In this document: in pieces, positions 9,057 through 17,372 of the stretch
Position numbering within the stretch: the first letter of the stretch is position 1
How the letters are laid out: every line of letters begins with the position of its first letter
Origin: Candidatus Woesearchaeota archaeon
GTDB taxonomy: Archaea; Nanobdellota; Nanobdellia; Woesearchaeales; UBA10216
Assembly: GCA_016180065.1 (NCBI GenBank)
Contig: JACPBY010000006.1
Span: 3,233-67,232 of the forward strand
Reading direction: 5' to 3'
DNA length: 64,000 nucleotides
Notes under the pieces: model-generated
What the model saw: the letters and a program-made list of their open reading frames with translations, nothing else
Told to the model about the DNA's origin: nothing
The model's database searches: none
Made by a program: the position numbers and the translations under genes

Positions 9057-9960
9057 TGCCTAATACTTTAATCCGGCGCATAACAACATCTTTTACTGCT
9101 TCTATTGCCGGGGAAAGCAGCTCCCTCGGATCGAAAACAGAGCGGTTTTCAGCAAGCGCCTTCCTCACAGCTGCTGTAAAGGCAATCCGCAAATCAGTGT
9201 CAACATTCACCTTACAGATTCCAAGCCTTATTGCATTTCTTATATGCGATTCTGGAACCCCCCTTGCACCGGAAAGCCTGGCTCCGTAACGGTTGGCTGC
9301 CGCGACAATCGCTTTCGGAACAGAGGAAGCGCCATGAAGCACAAGAGGCACATTAACCGCATCTGCTATTTCGGAAAGCCGCTTAAAGTCAAGCATGGGA
9401 GTGCCCTTAAACTTGTAAGCACCGTGGGATGTCCCTATGGCGACTGCCAAGGAATCTGCCCCGGTAAGCTTCACAAACCTTGCTGCTGCAGAAGGCTCAG
9501 TATATATGTGCTTTGCTGAAAAAACCGCTTCCTCCCTGCCTTTCAGCTGTCCAAGCTCAGCTTCAACGGACACGCCTTTTTTATGGGCGATTGCGACAAC
9601 CTTTTTTGTAAGAGAAACGTTGCCGCCAAAAGGAAGTGCAGAGCCATCTATCATTACAGAGGAAAACCCGAAGCTGATACACTCCCTTGCAACCTCAAAG
9701 CTCGGCCCGTGGTCAAGGTGCACGGCTACAGGCACGTGAACCTTCCTCGCAAACGCCAGCGCAAGGCCGGCAAGCTCAAAGCCGCCATATTTCAGTGCCC
9801 CAGAAGTCAGCGGCAGGAATATTGGCGCGTTAGCCTCAACAGCCGCAGAAACGACTGCTTTTGCAGTTTCCAGATTGCTTATGTTGAAGGCGCCAACAGC
9901 ATACCCGCCCTTCTGCGCCTTCTGCAAAAGCTTTTTCCCTGCGACCAACACCATGTTCAT
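9040..9960 (-). CDS. fba: class II fructose/tagatose-bisphosphate aldolase
   Basis: Contains VAVHLDHG, VMIDGS, VEAELG, AIGTSHGAYKF, LVLHGASS. Confidence 0.9.
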   Translation of the reverse strand: MNMVLVAGKKLLQKAQKGGYAVGAFNISNLETAKAVVSAAVEANAPIFLPLTSGALKYGGFELAGLALAFARKVHVPVAVHLDHGPSFEVARECISFGFSSVMIDGSALPFGGNVSLTKKVVAIAHKKGVSVEAELGQLKGREEAVFSAKHIYTEPSAAARFVKLTGADSLAVAIGTSHGAYKFKGTPMLDFKRLSEIADAVNVPLVLHGASSVPKAIVAAANRYGARLSGARGVPESHIRNAIRLGICKVNVDTDLRIAFTAAVRKALAENRSVFDPRELLSPAIEAVKDVVMRRIKVLGSEGKA

Positions 9961-10979
9961 AGCCTCCTGACAGCAAGCCTTGAGCTGTTCTTCCTCATAA
10001 AAGCGGCAAGCACAGGCTTCCTCAGGGAAAAATGCGCGCCCTTGTGAGTGAGCTTAAGCGCTGAAGCTGAAACAGCTGTTTTCAATGCCTCCTGCAGCGA
10101 GCCCGTCGCATAATACTCTGCTGCAAAAGCGCCGCTAAAAGCATCACCTGCTCCAGTAGTGTCTTTTACCTTAACCGGAACAGCAGCTATGTGAAAATAC
10201 GCCCTGCTGCGCAGCCCTGTCTTTTCCATCGCATAAGCGCCCTTAACATCATTGGTAAGGACAGCTACCCTTCCAGGCAGGAGGCCAAGGATCTCTCTCA
10301 CCTCAGACCTTCCTGTGTAAAGGCTGCCCTCTTCGTAATTCATTATGACAATGTCAAAGCTTGGCTTCAGCTCCCTAAGCCTCTGCATCCAGCTGTGCAG
10401 CATCGTGATGCTGGGCGCGAATATGACCTGCTTGCGGTATTTCTTGGCAATGGCAAGGGCTTTCCTGAACAGCCCGTAGTTTCTGGCTGAAACAAGGGAA
10501 GCAATAAAGATGTGCTTTGAAGCATTTATTGCATGCTCTGAAAGGTCAGCAGGGCCAAGCGCGCTGTTTGCTCCGCGGTAAACGAGAACGGACTTCTCGC
10601 CAGGACCTGAAAGGATGTCAAGGCCAACGCCAGTAGCCATGCCGCGGAAAACCTTCACAGATGCCGGATTAATGCCACATTTTTTCAGGTCAGCCAGGAC
10701 AATCCTCCCGAACTCATCACCCCCAACTGCTGACAGAAGGCAGACAGAAGAGCCAAGCGTCGCCATCATGATGGCAGAGTTTGAAGCACTCCCTCCGGGA
10801 TGCAGCTCAAGGCTCTCAAGCTCAGACTTGGAAGCAAAAGAAATGCAGACAAGCCTTTCAACCTGCCTGCCTGAAATGTCAATGCGCTCAACATCGTTGG
10901 TCTTGGCAACAACATCAAGGGTTGAGCTGCCAACGACGAAAAAGTCATATTTGCCGCTGCCTGCACCTTTTTTTGGCAT
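9957..10979 (-). CDS. PfkB-family carbohydrate kinase
   Basis: Ribokinase-like fold signature DTTGAGDAFSGAF near the C-terminus and GGSASNSA near the N-terminus. Shows a 4-nt overlap with fba. Confidence 0.85.
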   Translation of the reverse strand: MPKKGAGSGKYDFFVVGSSTLDVVAKTNDVERIDISGRQVERLVCISFASKSELESLELHPGGSASNSAIMMATLGSSVCLLSAVGGDEFGRIVLADLKKCGINPASVKVFRGMATGVGLDILSGPGEKSVLVYRGANSALGPADLSEHAINASKHIFIASLVSARNYGLFRKALAIAKKYRKQVIFAPSITMLHSWMQRLRELKPSFDIVIMNYEEGSLYTGRSEVREILGLLPGRVAVLTNDVKGAYAMEKTGLRSRAYFHIAAVPVKVKDTTGAGDAFSGAFAAEYYATGSLQEALKTAVSASALKLTHKGAHFSLRKPVLAAFMRKNSSRLAVRRL

Positions 10980-11001
10980 AAGGCGGAACTGGCTTGGAGA
11001 A

Positions 11002-11009
11002 TTTATAAA
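11002..11009 (-). promoter_or_regulatory. TATA box TTTATAAA, 23 nt upstream of the pfkB-family start codon
   Basis: The same box at the same 23-24 nt spacing recurs at several other genes in the window. Confidence 0.45.
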
Positions 11010-11024
11010 TGTTTCTTCACCCGC

Positions 11025-11777
11025 TCAAAACACCAGCCCACCTGTAAGAAGCAGGCCAATGCCGTAAGAAGCGGCAGCCGCAACAAGCCCGATGGCCATC
11101 ATCTCCATGCCGCTGACGAGCCAGTTTTTTTTCGTAAAAAATGTGCGGGCTGCGCCTCCTGCAAACAAGGTTGCCAACGCGATAGTGATTGCTGCGATAA
11201 CCGCTGCCTGGACACCAAGAGGCAACAGGAACGGGATAACTGGAAGAAAGCCACCAGCTATTGAAGCAAACCCTATGACCACGCCTACGGTAACCGGCTT
11301 GTCAAGCTCCTTTGGGAAGCCAAACTCCTCCGCCCTCATGATATCAAGCCAGCGCTCCTTTGAAGAAGTTATTATTTTCACAATAGAATCAAGCTCCCTG
11401 CCCTTAAAGCCCTTGGCAGAGTAAAATTCCCTGACTTCCTGCTTCTCCCATTCAGGAAACTTCTCCAAATGCTCTTTTTCCTTCCTAAGCTCCTGCTCGT
11501 AGAACTCGTTCTGGGACTTTGTTGAAAGGTAGCCGCCAAGCGTCATCGAAATGGTCTCACCAAGCAGGCCAGCCATGGCTGAAAGCAGGATGATGGACTT
11601 GTTGCCAAGAACGCTTACTCCAGCAATTATGCCAATGACCGTAACTATGCCATCCTGAATGCCAAAAACAACCTCCCTTATCAGCTTGCCTTCCTTGGAG
11701 TGCTCCTCATCACATTCAGGTTTAGGAATGGCATGGCGTTTTGCTGCCTTGGCTGTTGCTGCTACTGCTTTCTTCAT
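11025..11777 (-). CDS. VIT1/CCC1-family iron/manganese transporter
   Basis: Contains VFGIQDGIVTVIGIIAGV, a cytoplasmic helical insert (EQELRKEKEHLEKFPEWEKQEV), and C-terminal TM helices. Confidence 0.85.
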   Translation of the reverse strand: MKKAVAATAKAAKRHAIPKPECDEEHSKEGKLIREVVFGIQDGIVTVIGIIAGVSVLGNKSIILLSAMAGLLGETISMTLGGYLSTKSQNEFYEQELRKEKEHLEKFPEWEKQEVREFYSAKGFKGRELDSIVKIITSSKERWLDIMRAEEFGFPKELDKPVTVGVVIGFASIAGGFLPVIPFLLPLGVQAAVIAAITIALATLFAGGAARTFFTKKNWLVSGMEMMAIGLVAAAASYGIGLLLTGGLVF

Positions 11778-11919
11778 TTTACTACGGTGCTTTGACGGAT
11801 GATGCTTTTAAACTTTCGTGTTTTGTCAAAAACCTTTGGTTTCTGAGCGTGATCAGAAGCGTAAGCTTCTGACATTTAAACAAAAAAGTTTATATAATCT
11901 GTAACAGTTTATAGCGCCC

Positions 11920-12096
11920 ATGAGCGAAGCAGCGATACCTGAGGAGCTTGTTTCCGAAATAAAGGCTATCCGGGCTGATTTGGACTATATTAAGAAGCGC
12001 GTTGTTGATGTAGGCACAGTTCTGACGCAAGATGATACTGAATCTCTGCAGGAAGCTGAAACCGATCTCAAAGAAGGCAAGACAAAAAGGCTCTGA
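11920..12096 (+). CDS. putative antitoxin of the adjacent RelE-like toxin (58 aa, below the ORF-track cutoff)
   Basis: Reads ATG..TGA and ends 2 nt before the toxin start. The C-terminus is LQEAETDLKEGKTKRL. Confidence 0.55.
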   Translation: MSEAAIPEELVSEIKAIRADLDYIKKRVVDVGTVLTQDDTESLQEAETDLKEGKTKRL

Positions 12097-12098
12097 AA

Positions 12099-12359
12099 TT
12101 GTACGCTGTCGAACTATCACAGCGGGCGCAGAAATTCTTGGAAAAACTTGACAGGCACATAAGGGAAAGGATTGAAGAACGACTACGAAATCTTGGTTTC
12201 AACCCCGTCCCAAGTGATACAAAGTTCATTACAAGGGAGGACAAGGATAAGATATTTCGCTACAGGATTGGCGACTACAGGGCTTTGTACAAAGTCAAAG
12301 ATGCCGAGAAAATAATCCTAATGGCAAAAATAGACAAGAGGCCCAGGGCGTATGGTTAA
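12099..12359 (+). CDS. relE: RelE/ParE-family type II toxin
   Basis: 86 aa. LSQRAQKFLEKLDRHIRERIEERL..FRYRIGDYRALYKV..IILMAKIDKR is the typical RelE/StbE pattern. TTG start. Confidence 0.8.
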   Translation: MYAVELSQRAQKFLEKLDRHIRERIEERLRNLGFNPVPSDTKFITREDKDKIFRYRIGDYRALYKVKDAEKIILMAKIDKRPRAYG

Positions 12360-12495
12360 CAGGAAAAAGAGGAGAAGAGCAAAAGCATTTGTAAAAATAA
12401 GCGAAGATAAAGCAAAGTCGTGCATAGATGATGAACTGCTTATGAAGCCTGTGCGCGGGCTGGAGGATATCCGCGCTGGAAGGGTAAAGCGCTAG
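12352..12495 (+). CDS. possible second small ORF (47 aa) overlapping the relE stop (ATGGTTAA)
   Basis: Basic N-terminus NRKKRRRAK. The C-terminus GLEDIRAGRVKR resembles the antitoxin-like C-termini at 11920..12096 and 37715..37855. Confidence 0.3.
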   Translation: MVNRKKRRRAKAFVKISEDKAKSCIDDELLMKPVRGLEDIRAGRVKR

Positions 12496-12555
12496 GAAAA
12501 ACCTGCTCAAACATAAGAACTTCAAACGTGACTGCAGACTTACTGAAAATCCTTT

Positions 12556-13359
12556 TTAAAGTTTAGTTTTTGCCGCCATGTTAAGATTTGCTGCAGACTT
12601 TCGGGCAAAGAAAATCCTCCACAGCATGCAGCCCCCAATAAGTGCCATTGGAATGTTCCAGAACTGCCCCCATGTAAGCCCAAAGGCAAAGTCAGGCACG
12701 TCCTTGACGAACTCAAGGAAAAACCTGATGCTGCCATACAGGAAAACAAACACCCAGAATAGTGTGCCTTTGGGCAGCTTCCATTTCCGCTGCTGCAGCA
12801 GCTGCCACAAGACGACGAAAATAAAAAGATTCTTGATTGCCTCATAAACCTGCACAGGATGCCTGAACTGGGAAATGCTGCCAAACTTCACGCCCCACGG
12901 CAAGCTTGTAGGAGTGCCGTAAAACTCGCCGTTAATAAAATTGGCGATTCTTCCAAGAGCAAGGGCAAGGGCAACAGGGACAACAACAATGTCGGCAAGG
13001 CCATAGAAAGAAAGCTTCTTCCGCTTAGCAAACCAAACGCCAGCAAGGACAAGCCCGATAAAACCGCCATGGAAAGCCATGCCGCCATTCCAGACCGCAA
13101 TGATTTGCACAGGATTTGCAAGGTAAAAGCCCAAAAACGACAGAACATGGCCCAGCCTTGCGCCAACAACAACTGCAACAACCGCGGTTATGAGAAGCTC
13201 GTCAAAATCACGGCTGTTAAGGGGCAACTGCCGCTTCTTCGCCAAATAGCGCATTATAAAGAATGAAAGAAGGATGCCAAATGCAAAAATCAGGCCGTAA
13301 TACCTTATGGAGAAAGGCCCAAACTCAACAAGAACCGGGCTTATGTTGTGGTAAAACAT
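12556..13359 (-). CDS. lgt: prolipoprotein diacylglyceryl transferase (Lgt) homolog
   Basis: Contains FSIRYYGLIFAFGILL, HGGFIGLVLAG, GRIANFINGEFYGTPTSLPWGV, RHPVQVYEAI. The start at MFYHN (13359) is supported by a TATA box 23 nt upstream. The listed ORF extends to 13422. Confidence 0.85.
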   Translation of the reverse strand: MFYHNISPVLVEFGPFSIRYYGLIFAFGILLSFFIMRYLAKKRQLPLNSRDFDELLITAVVAVVVGARLGHVLSFLGFYLANPVQIIAVWNGGMAFHGGFIGLVLAGVWFAKRKKLSFYGLADIVVVPVALALALGRIANFINGEFYGTPTSLPWGVKFGSISQFRHPVQVYEAIKNLFIFVVLWQLLQQRKWKLPKGTLFWVFVFLYGSIRFFLEFVKDVPDFAFGLTWGQFWNIPMALIGGCMLWRIFFARKSAANLNMAAKTKL

Positions 13360-13381
13360 GCTCCTGCCGTCCCGGCCTTGC

Positions 13382-13389
13382 TTTATAAA
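13382..13389 (-). promoter_or_regulatory. TATA box TTTATAAA, 23 nt upstream of the lgt ATG
   Basis: Lies in the 62-nt gap between the dapF stop and the lgt start. Confidence 0.4.
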
Positions 13390-13421
13390 ACTTTTGCTGC
13401 AGCCAGGCAAACCGCCGTGCA

Positions 13422-14309
13422 TTACACCTGCAGCGTGCCTGAAAACACGGATGTTGCGGGCCCGGTCAGGCAGACATGGCTGTCCTTTGCCCAGTCCACA
13501 GTAAGCTCTCCGCCCTTAAGGCAAATTTTTACTTTTCTTCCAGTCAGTTCATTAAGAACACTGGCAACAACTGAAGCACAGGCGCCTGTCCCGCAGGCCA
13601 GTGTTTCCCCAACACCCCTTTCCCAGACCCGAAGCTCAATCTCACTATTGCTTATGACGTGAACGAATTCGACATTGGCCTTCTTTGGGAAAACAGGGTG
13701 GTTCTCAATTTCCTTTCCCAGCTCCTCAATGTCAAAAGCGCCAAGGTCTATATTTGCGCCATCAGTGAACACAACAGCGTGTGGATTGCCCATTGAGACC
13801 GCAGTTATCCTGATTTTCCTGTACTTAAGCTGCAATGCCTCGTTAATTGCCTTGGACTCTGCATTGCCGTTCATCGGAATCTCTTTCCTTATAAGCCCGG
13901 GGGAGCCCATGTCAACCCGGAACATGCCATTTGCGGCGACTATCCTTTTTATTCCGGATGCTGTTTCAATATTCAGTTCCCTGCTCTTGCTGTAAGCATT
14001 ATCGGTCACGAACTTTGCAATGCACCTTATGCCGTTGCCGCACATTTCAGCTTCAGAGCCGTCAGCATTAATTATCCTCATCCGGGCATCACAGCCTTTT
14101 TTCCCGGAAGGCAATGCCAGCAGCACGCCATCAGCCCCGATTCCGAAGTGCCTGTCGCACACGTTCCTTGCAAAAGACTTCAGGTCACTTATTCCTTCAA
14201 ACACCCTGCGGTTGCTGCTGTCAAAAAGGCCTATGACAACGTAATCGTTGCCAAGCCCGTGCATCTTGGAAAACTTAAGCTGAGCAGCCATTTTTAACAG
14301 TTTCCACAA
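13422..14309 (-). CDS. dapF: diaminopimelate epimerase
   Basis: Contains FSKMHGLGNDYVV, the catalytic CGNGIRC and ACGTGACA. Confidence 0.9.
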   Translation of the reverse strand: MWKLLKMAAQLKFSKMHGLGNDYVVIGLFDSSNRRVFEGISDLKSFARNVCDRHFGIGADGVLLALPSGKKGCDARMRIINADGSEAEMCGNGIRCIAKFVTDNAYSKSRELNIETASGIKRIVAANGMFRVDMGSPGLIRKEIPMNGNAESKAINEALQLKYRKIRITAVSMGNPHAVVFTDGANIDLGAFDIEELGKEIENHPVFPKKANVEFVHVISNSEIELRVWERGVGETLACGTGACASVVASVLNELTGRKVKICLKGGELTVDWAKDSHVCLTGPATSVFSGTLQV

Positions 14310-15572
14310 TCAATCCATCCCGAAGAGGACATGAGAAATGTCCTCGCGCTTCCTGATAACCCTTGCTTCCTTTCCATTTACAAGGACTTCTGCAGGCCTT
14401 GGGCGGGAGTTGTAGGTTGACGACATTGAAAAGCCATATGCGCCTGCAACCATGATTGCAAGGACATCACCCTCCCTGATTTTTGGCAGCTTCCGGCCTG
14501 CTATGCCAGACTCATCCCGTGTGAAAACGTCGCCGGACTCGCAAATGTTGCCGCAGACAGCAACAGCCTCCTCTTCAGCGCCTGAGCACTCGGCGAGCTC
14601 AATCGGATGGTAAGAGCCGTATGCCATGGGCCTTATGAGGTGGTTAAAGCCCGTGTCAACCCCAACGAATTTGTGCTTGGGCGTCTGCTTGATCGTGTTG
14701 ACCGTGCAAAGAAGCAGCCCTGACTCAGCAACAATAAAGCGCCCGGGCTCAATAACCAATGCCAATTTCTTTCCAAAGCCGCTGCAGAAGCTGCTGAATG
14801 TGCTGCTTACAGCCTCGCCGAACTGCTTCATGCCAATCGGCTTTTGGCCAGGCCTGTACGGAACTCCAATGCCCCCTCCAAAGTCTATGAACTCAAGGTC
14901 TTTCAGCCTGTCCCTGTTTTTTTCAACAATCTTCAGAAGCACTCCCATCGCTTCCAGAAACTTTGCTGTTTCAAGAATGCCCGAGCCGATATGCTCATGG
15001 ATTCCCACAAATTTCAGGCTGTGCATGGAAGCAATTTCAAACGCTTTAGGGACATCCCCCACCCATATGCCGAACTTGCTATCCGGGCCACCGGTTATGA
15101 CATGGTCATGGTGGCCTGCCCCGACATCAGGATTCACCCTTATGCATACCTTTGAGCCGGGATTCAGCCTGCCGTAGCGCTCAAGCTGAGACAAGGAATC
15201 GCAGTTCACAAGGACTTTTTTATCAATAGCAAATTTCATTTCCTCATCGGTAACGGATGTGGACGTGAACATTACCTGCTCAGGCTTGAAGCCGGCTTTC
15301 AAAGCAGCTTCTATCTCGCCCGGGGAAACTGCATCAACGCCGATATACTCACCGCCTTCCTCCCTAACCAGCTTCAGGATGCTGAGGTTCGTGTTCGCCT
15401 TTGCCGCGTAATAGACCTTCAAAGGCCTGAAAGAGATGCCCCGTGAAAGTTCCCTGACCTTCAGGCGGATTGTCTCCTCATCGTAAACGTAAAGCGGGGT
15501 TCCAAACTTTTTTGCCAGAAGCGAAGCAGGAAGCTCCCCGATAAAAAGCCTGCCTGACTTAATCGAAATCAT
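14310..15572 (-). CDS. lysA: diaminopimelate decarboxylase
   Basis: Fold-III PLP decarboxylase pattern: YYAAKAN, HEHIGSG, DFGGGIGVPY, CGNICESGD. Confidence 0.92.
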   Translation of the reverse strand: MISIKSGRLFIGELPASLLAKKFGTPLYVYDEETIRLKVRELSRGISFRPLKVYYAAKANTNLSILKLVREEGGEYIGVDAVSPGEIEAALKAGFKPEQVMFTSTSVTDEEMKFAIDKKVLVNCDSLSQLERYGRLNPGSKVCIRVNPDVGAGHHDHVITGGPDSKFGIWVGDVPKAFEIASMHSLKFVGIHEHIGSGILETAKFLEAMGVLLKIVEKNRDRLKDLEFIDFGGGIGVPYRPGQKPIGMKQFGEAVSSTFSSFCSGFGKKLALVIEPGRFIVAESGLLLCTVNTIKQTPKHKFVGVDTGFNHLIRPMAYGSYHPIELAECSGAEEEAVAVCGNICESGDVFTRDESGIAGRKLPKIREGDVLAIMVAGAYGFSMSSTYNSRPRPAEVLVNGKEARVIRKREDISHVLFGMD

Positions 15573-16753
15573 TTCAGCGCCTTCCTTATCCTTTGCATTG
15601 CCTCTTCAAGCCTTGCATCAGGAACAGTAACTGATACCCTAAAGTATCCTTCGCCGTAACTGCCATATGCTGCACCAGGGGTCACAACCACGCCAGCCTT
15701 TTCAAGCATGAGCGCTGCAAAGCTGGCTGATGTGTGGCCCTCCGGAACCCTGCACCACATGTAAAATGTTGCCCTGGGCTTTCTTACAGCGATGCCAACG
15801 CCGGTTAAGGTTTCGTAAACCAGGTCCCTTCTCTTCTGATAAATGCTGTTGAGCCGGTCAATCTCTGAATCCGGCGTTTTAAGCAAGGCGGTTATCGCAG
15901 CGCGCTGAACACCGTTGAACACGCCTGAATCAACGTTGTTCTTGACAGTGGCAATGGCTGAGATTATGTCCTCACTGCCAACAGCCATACCTATGCGCCA
16001 GCCTGTCATGTTGTAAGGCTTTGAGAGCGAATTAAGCTCCACACCCACTTCCTTGGCGCCGGGCACTTCCAAAAAGCTCAGGGGCCTGTAGCCGTCAAAG
16101 GCAATCTCGCTGTAAGGGTTGTCAGAGCAGACTATCATGCTGTTGTCCCTTGCAAAATCAACAACCTCCCTGTAAAACTCCTTTCCAGCCACGGCTGTCG
16201 TAGGGTTGTTTGGATAACTCACATACAGGATTTTCGCTTTTTTCACAACCTCCCGGGGAATCCTGCCAAGCTGCGGCAAAAAGTCATTGGCTTCAAGCAG
16301 CGGAAGGTCGTGAACAAGGCCGTTGGCAAGAAGCGTGCCTGTCCTGTAAGGGGTATAACACGGATTAGGGACAAGGGCGTAATCACCCGGGTTTACAAAC
16401 GCAAGCGAAAGATGAAGGCTGCCTTCTTTTGAGCCTATCAGCGTGAGGACTTCACTGACAGGGTCAAGCGAGACATTATGCCTTCGCTTATACCACGACG
16501 CAACAGCCTCCCTGAACTCAAGCAGCCCCTCATAGTCAGGGTACTGGTGGTTTCTGGGGTCATTCGCTGCCCTTCCCAGCTCATCAACTATGTGCTTCGG
16601 GGTTGGCATGTCAGGGTCGCCAATGCCCAGGCTTATGACATCAACACCACTCTTCTTAGCCTGCTCAACCTTCCTGCTTATCTCGGCAAAAAGATAGGGC
16701 GGAATCTGCTGAAGCCTTCCTGAACGGATGTATTTAGGCATGGCTACAACCAC
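15569..16753 (-). CDS. dapL: LL-diaminopimelate aminotransferase-type class I aminotransferase
   Basis: Contains IPPYLFAEI, SLGIGDPDMPTP, NPNNPT, SLSKPYNMTGWRIG. Sits in an operon that lacks dapD/dapE. An alternative start is MPKYI at 16741. Confidence 0.75.
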   Translation of the reverse strand: MVVAMPKYIRSGRLQQIPPYLFAEISRKVEQAKKSGVDVISLGIGDPDMPTPKHIVDELGRAANDPRNHQYPDYEGLLEFREAVASWYKRRHNVSLDPVSEVLTLIGSKEGSLHLSLAFVNPGDYALVPNPCYTPYRTGTLLANGLVHDLPLLEANDFLPQLGRIPREVVKKAKILYVSYPNNPTTAVAGKEFYREVVDFARDNSMIVCSDNPYSEIAFDGYRPLSFLEVPGAKEVGVELNSLSKPYNMTGWRIGMAVGSEDIISAIATVKNNVDSGVFNGVQRAAITALLKTPDSEIDRLNSIYQKRRDLVYETLTGVGIAVRKPRATFYMWCRVPEGHTSASFAALMLEKAGVVVTPGAAYGSYGEGYFRVSVTVPDARLEEAMQRIRKALK

Positions 16754-17372
16754 CAGTTTCTTGTTTGCCTATTGCTGCCAAGTAGTTATGTACTCGCGCT
16801 CTGAGGTAGCCCAGTTCATTCTTCCCTGCACCGCCGGTTGGTGCTGTTAGGCCTTTGGCCAGAGCCTCAACAAAAAGACAACTAATGACGGTCTGCGAAA
16901 GCACAAGCGAAGGCCTGTGTGCCTCGACAATACCGGGCCAGTCAATTTCCCGCATTCTGGGGGGTGTGAAGATTGCTGCCCTGGCCAAGCCGAGTCCATA
17001 GCGCCCAAGATAAGAAGCAATCTCGTGCATTCCCTGACTGTTATGCCCATCCATGGCTGCGCCGATACAAGCAAGAAACTCTCCGAAGCGCCCAAGCTCT
17101 GCGCTGGGCCATGCGCCTGTGCCATAACGCTGGACGCCTATAAGGGCAAGCTGAAGCTGTTCCAAGCTCATAAGTGCAGAGTGCAACGGCGGAAGAATAT
17201 CGCTAACGCCTTCAATGCCCTTGTCAACAGCCTCGGCAGCCGTGAAAATCGCAGTCTCACGCATGAGGGCAAAGCAAAAGGCAACCCTTTTTTCAAGGGC
17301 ACCAACTCCCCTATTCCCATGTCTCTCCCTCTTTTTACTTGCATCACGGTACCAAGCATGATAACCTGCCAT
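16734..17372 (-). CDS. hypothetical protein embedded in the lysine operon
   Basis: 212 aa with globular A/G/L-rich composition. Its ATG shares one nt with the asd stop (TAATG). No family recognised. Confidence 0.55.
   Translation of the reverse strand: MAGYHAWYRDASKKRERHGNRGVGALEKRVAFCFALMRETAIFTAAEAVDKGIEGVSDILPPLHSALMSLEQLQLALIGVQRYGTGAWPSAELGRFGEFLACIGAAMDGHNSQGMHEIASYLGRYGLGLARAAIFTPPRMREIDWPGIVEAHRPSLVLSQTVISCLFVEALAKGLTAPTGGAGKNELGYLRARVHNYLAAIGKQETGGCSHA

Noticed and set aside
14626-15177. Plus-strand ORFs inside the lysine operon (14626..15177, 16917..17375, 17339..17776, 19164..19763, 19929..20594).
   Set aside because: Each overlaps a strongly supported minus-strand enzyme gene, and each translates to low-complexity S/P/T-rich sequence.
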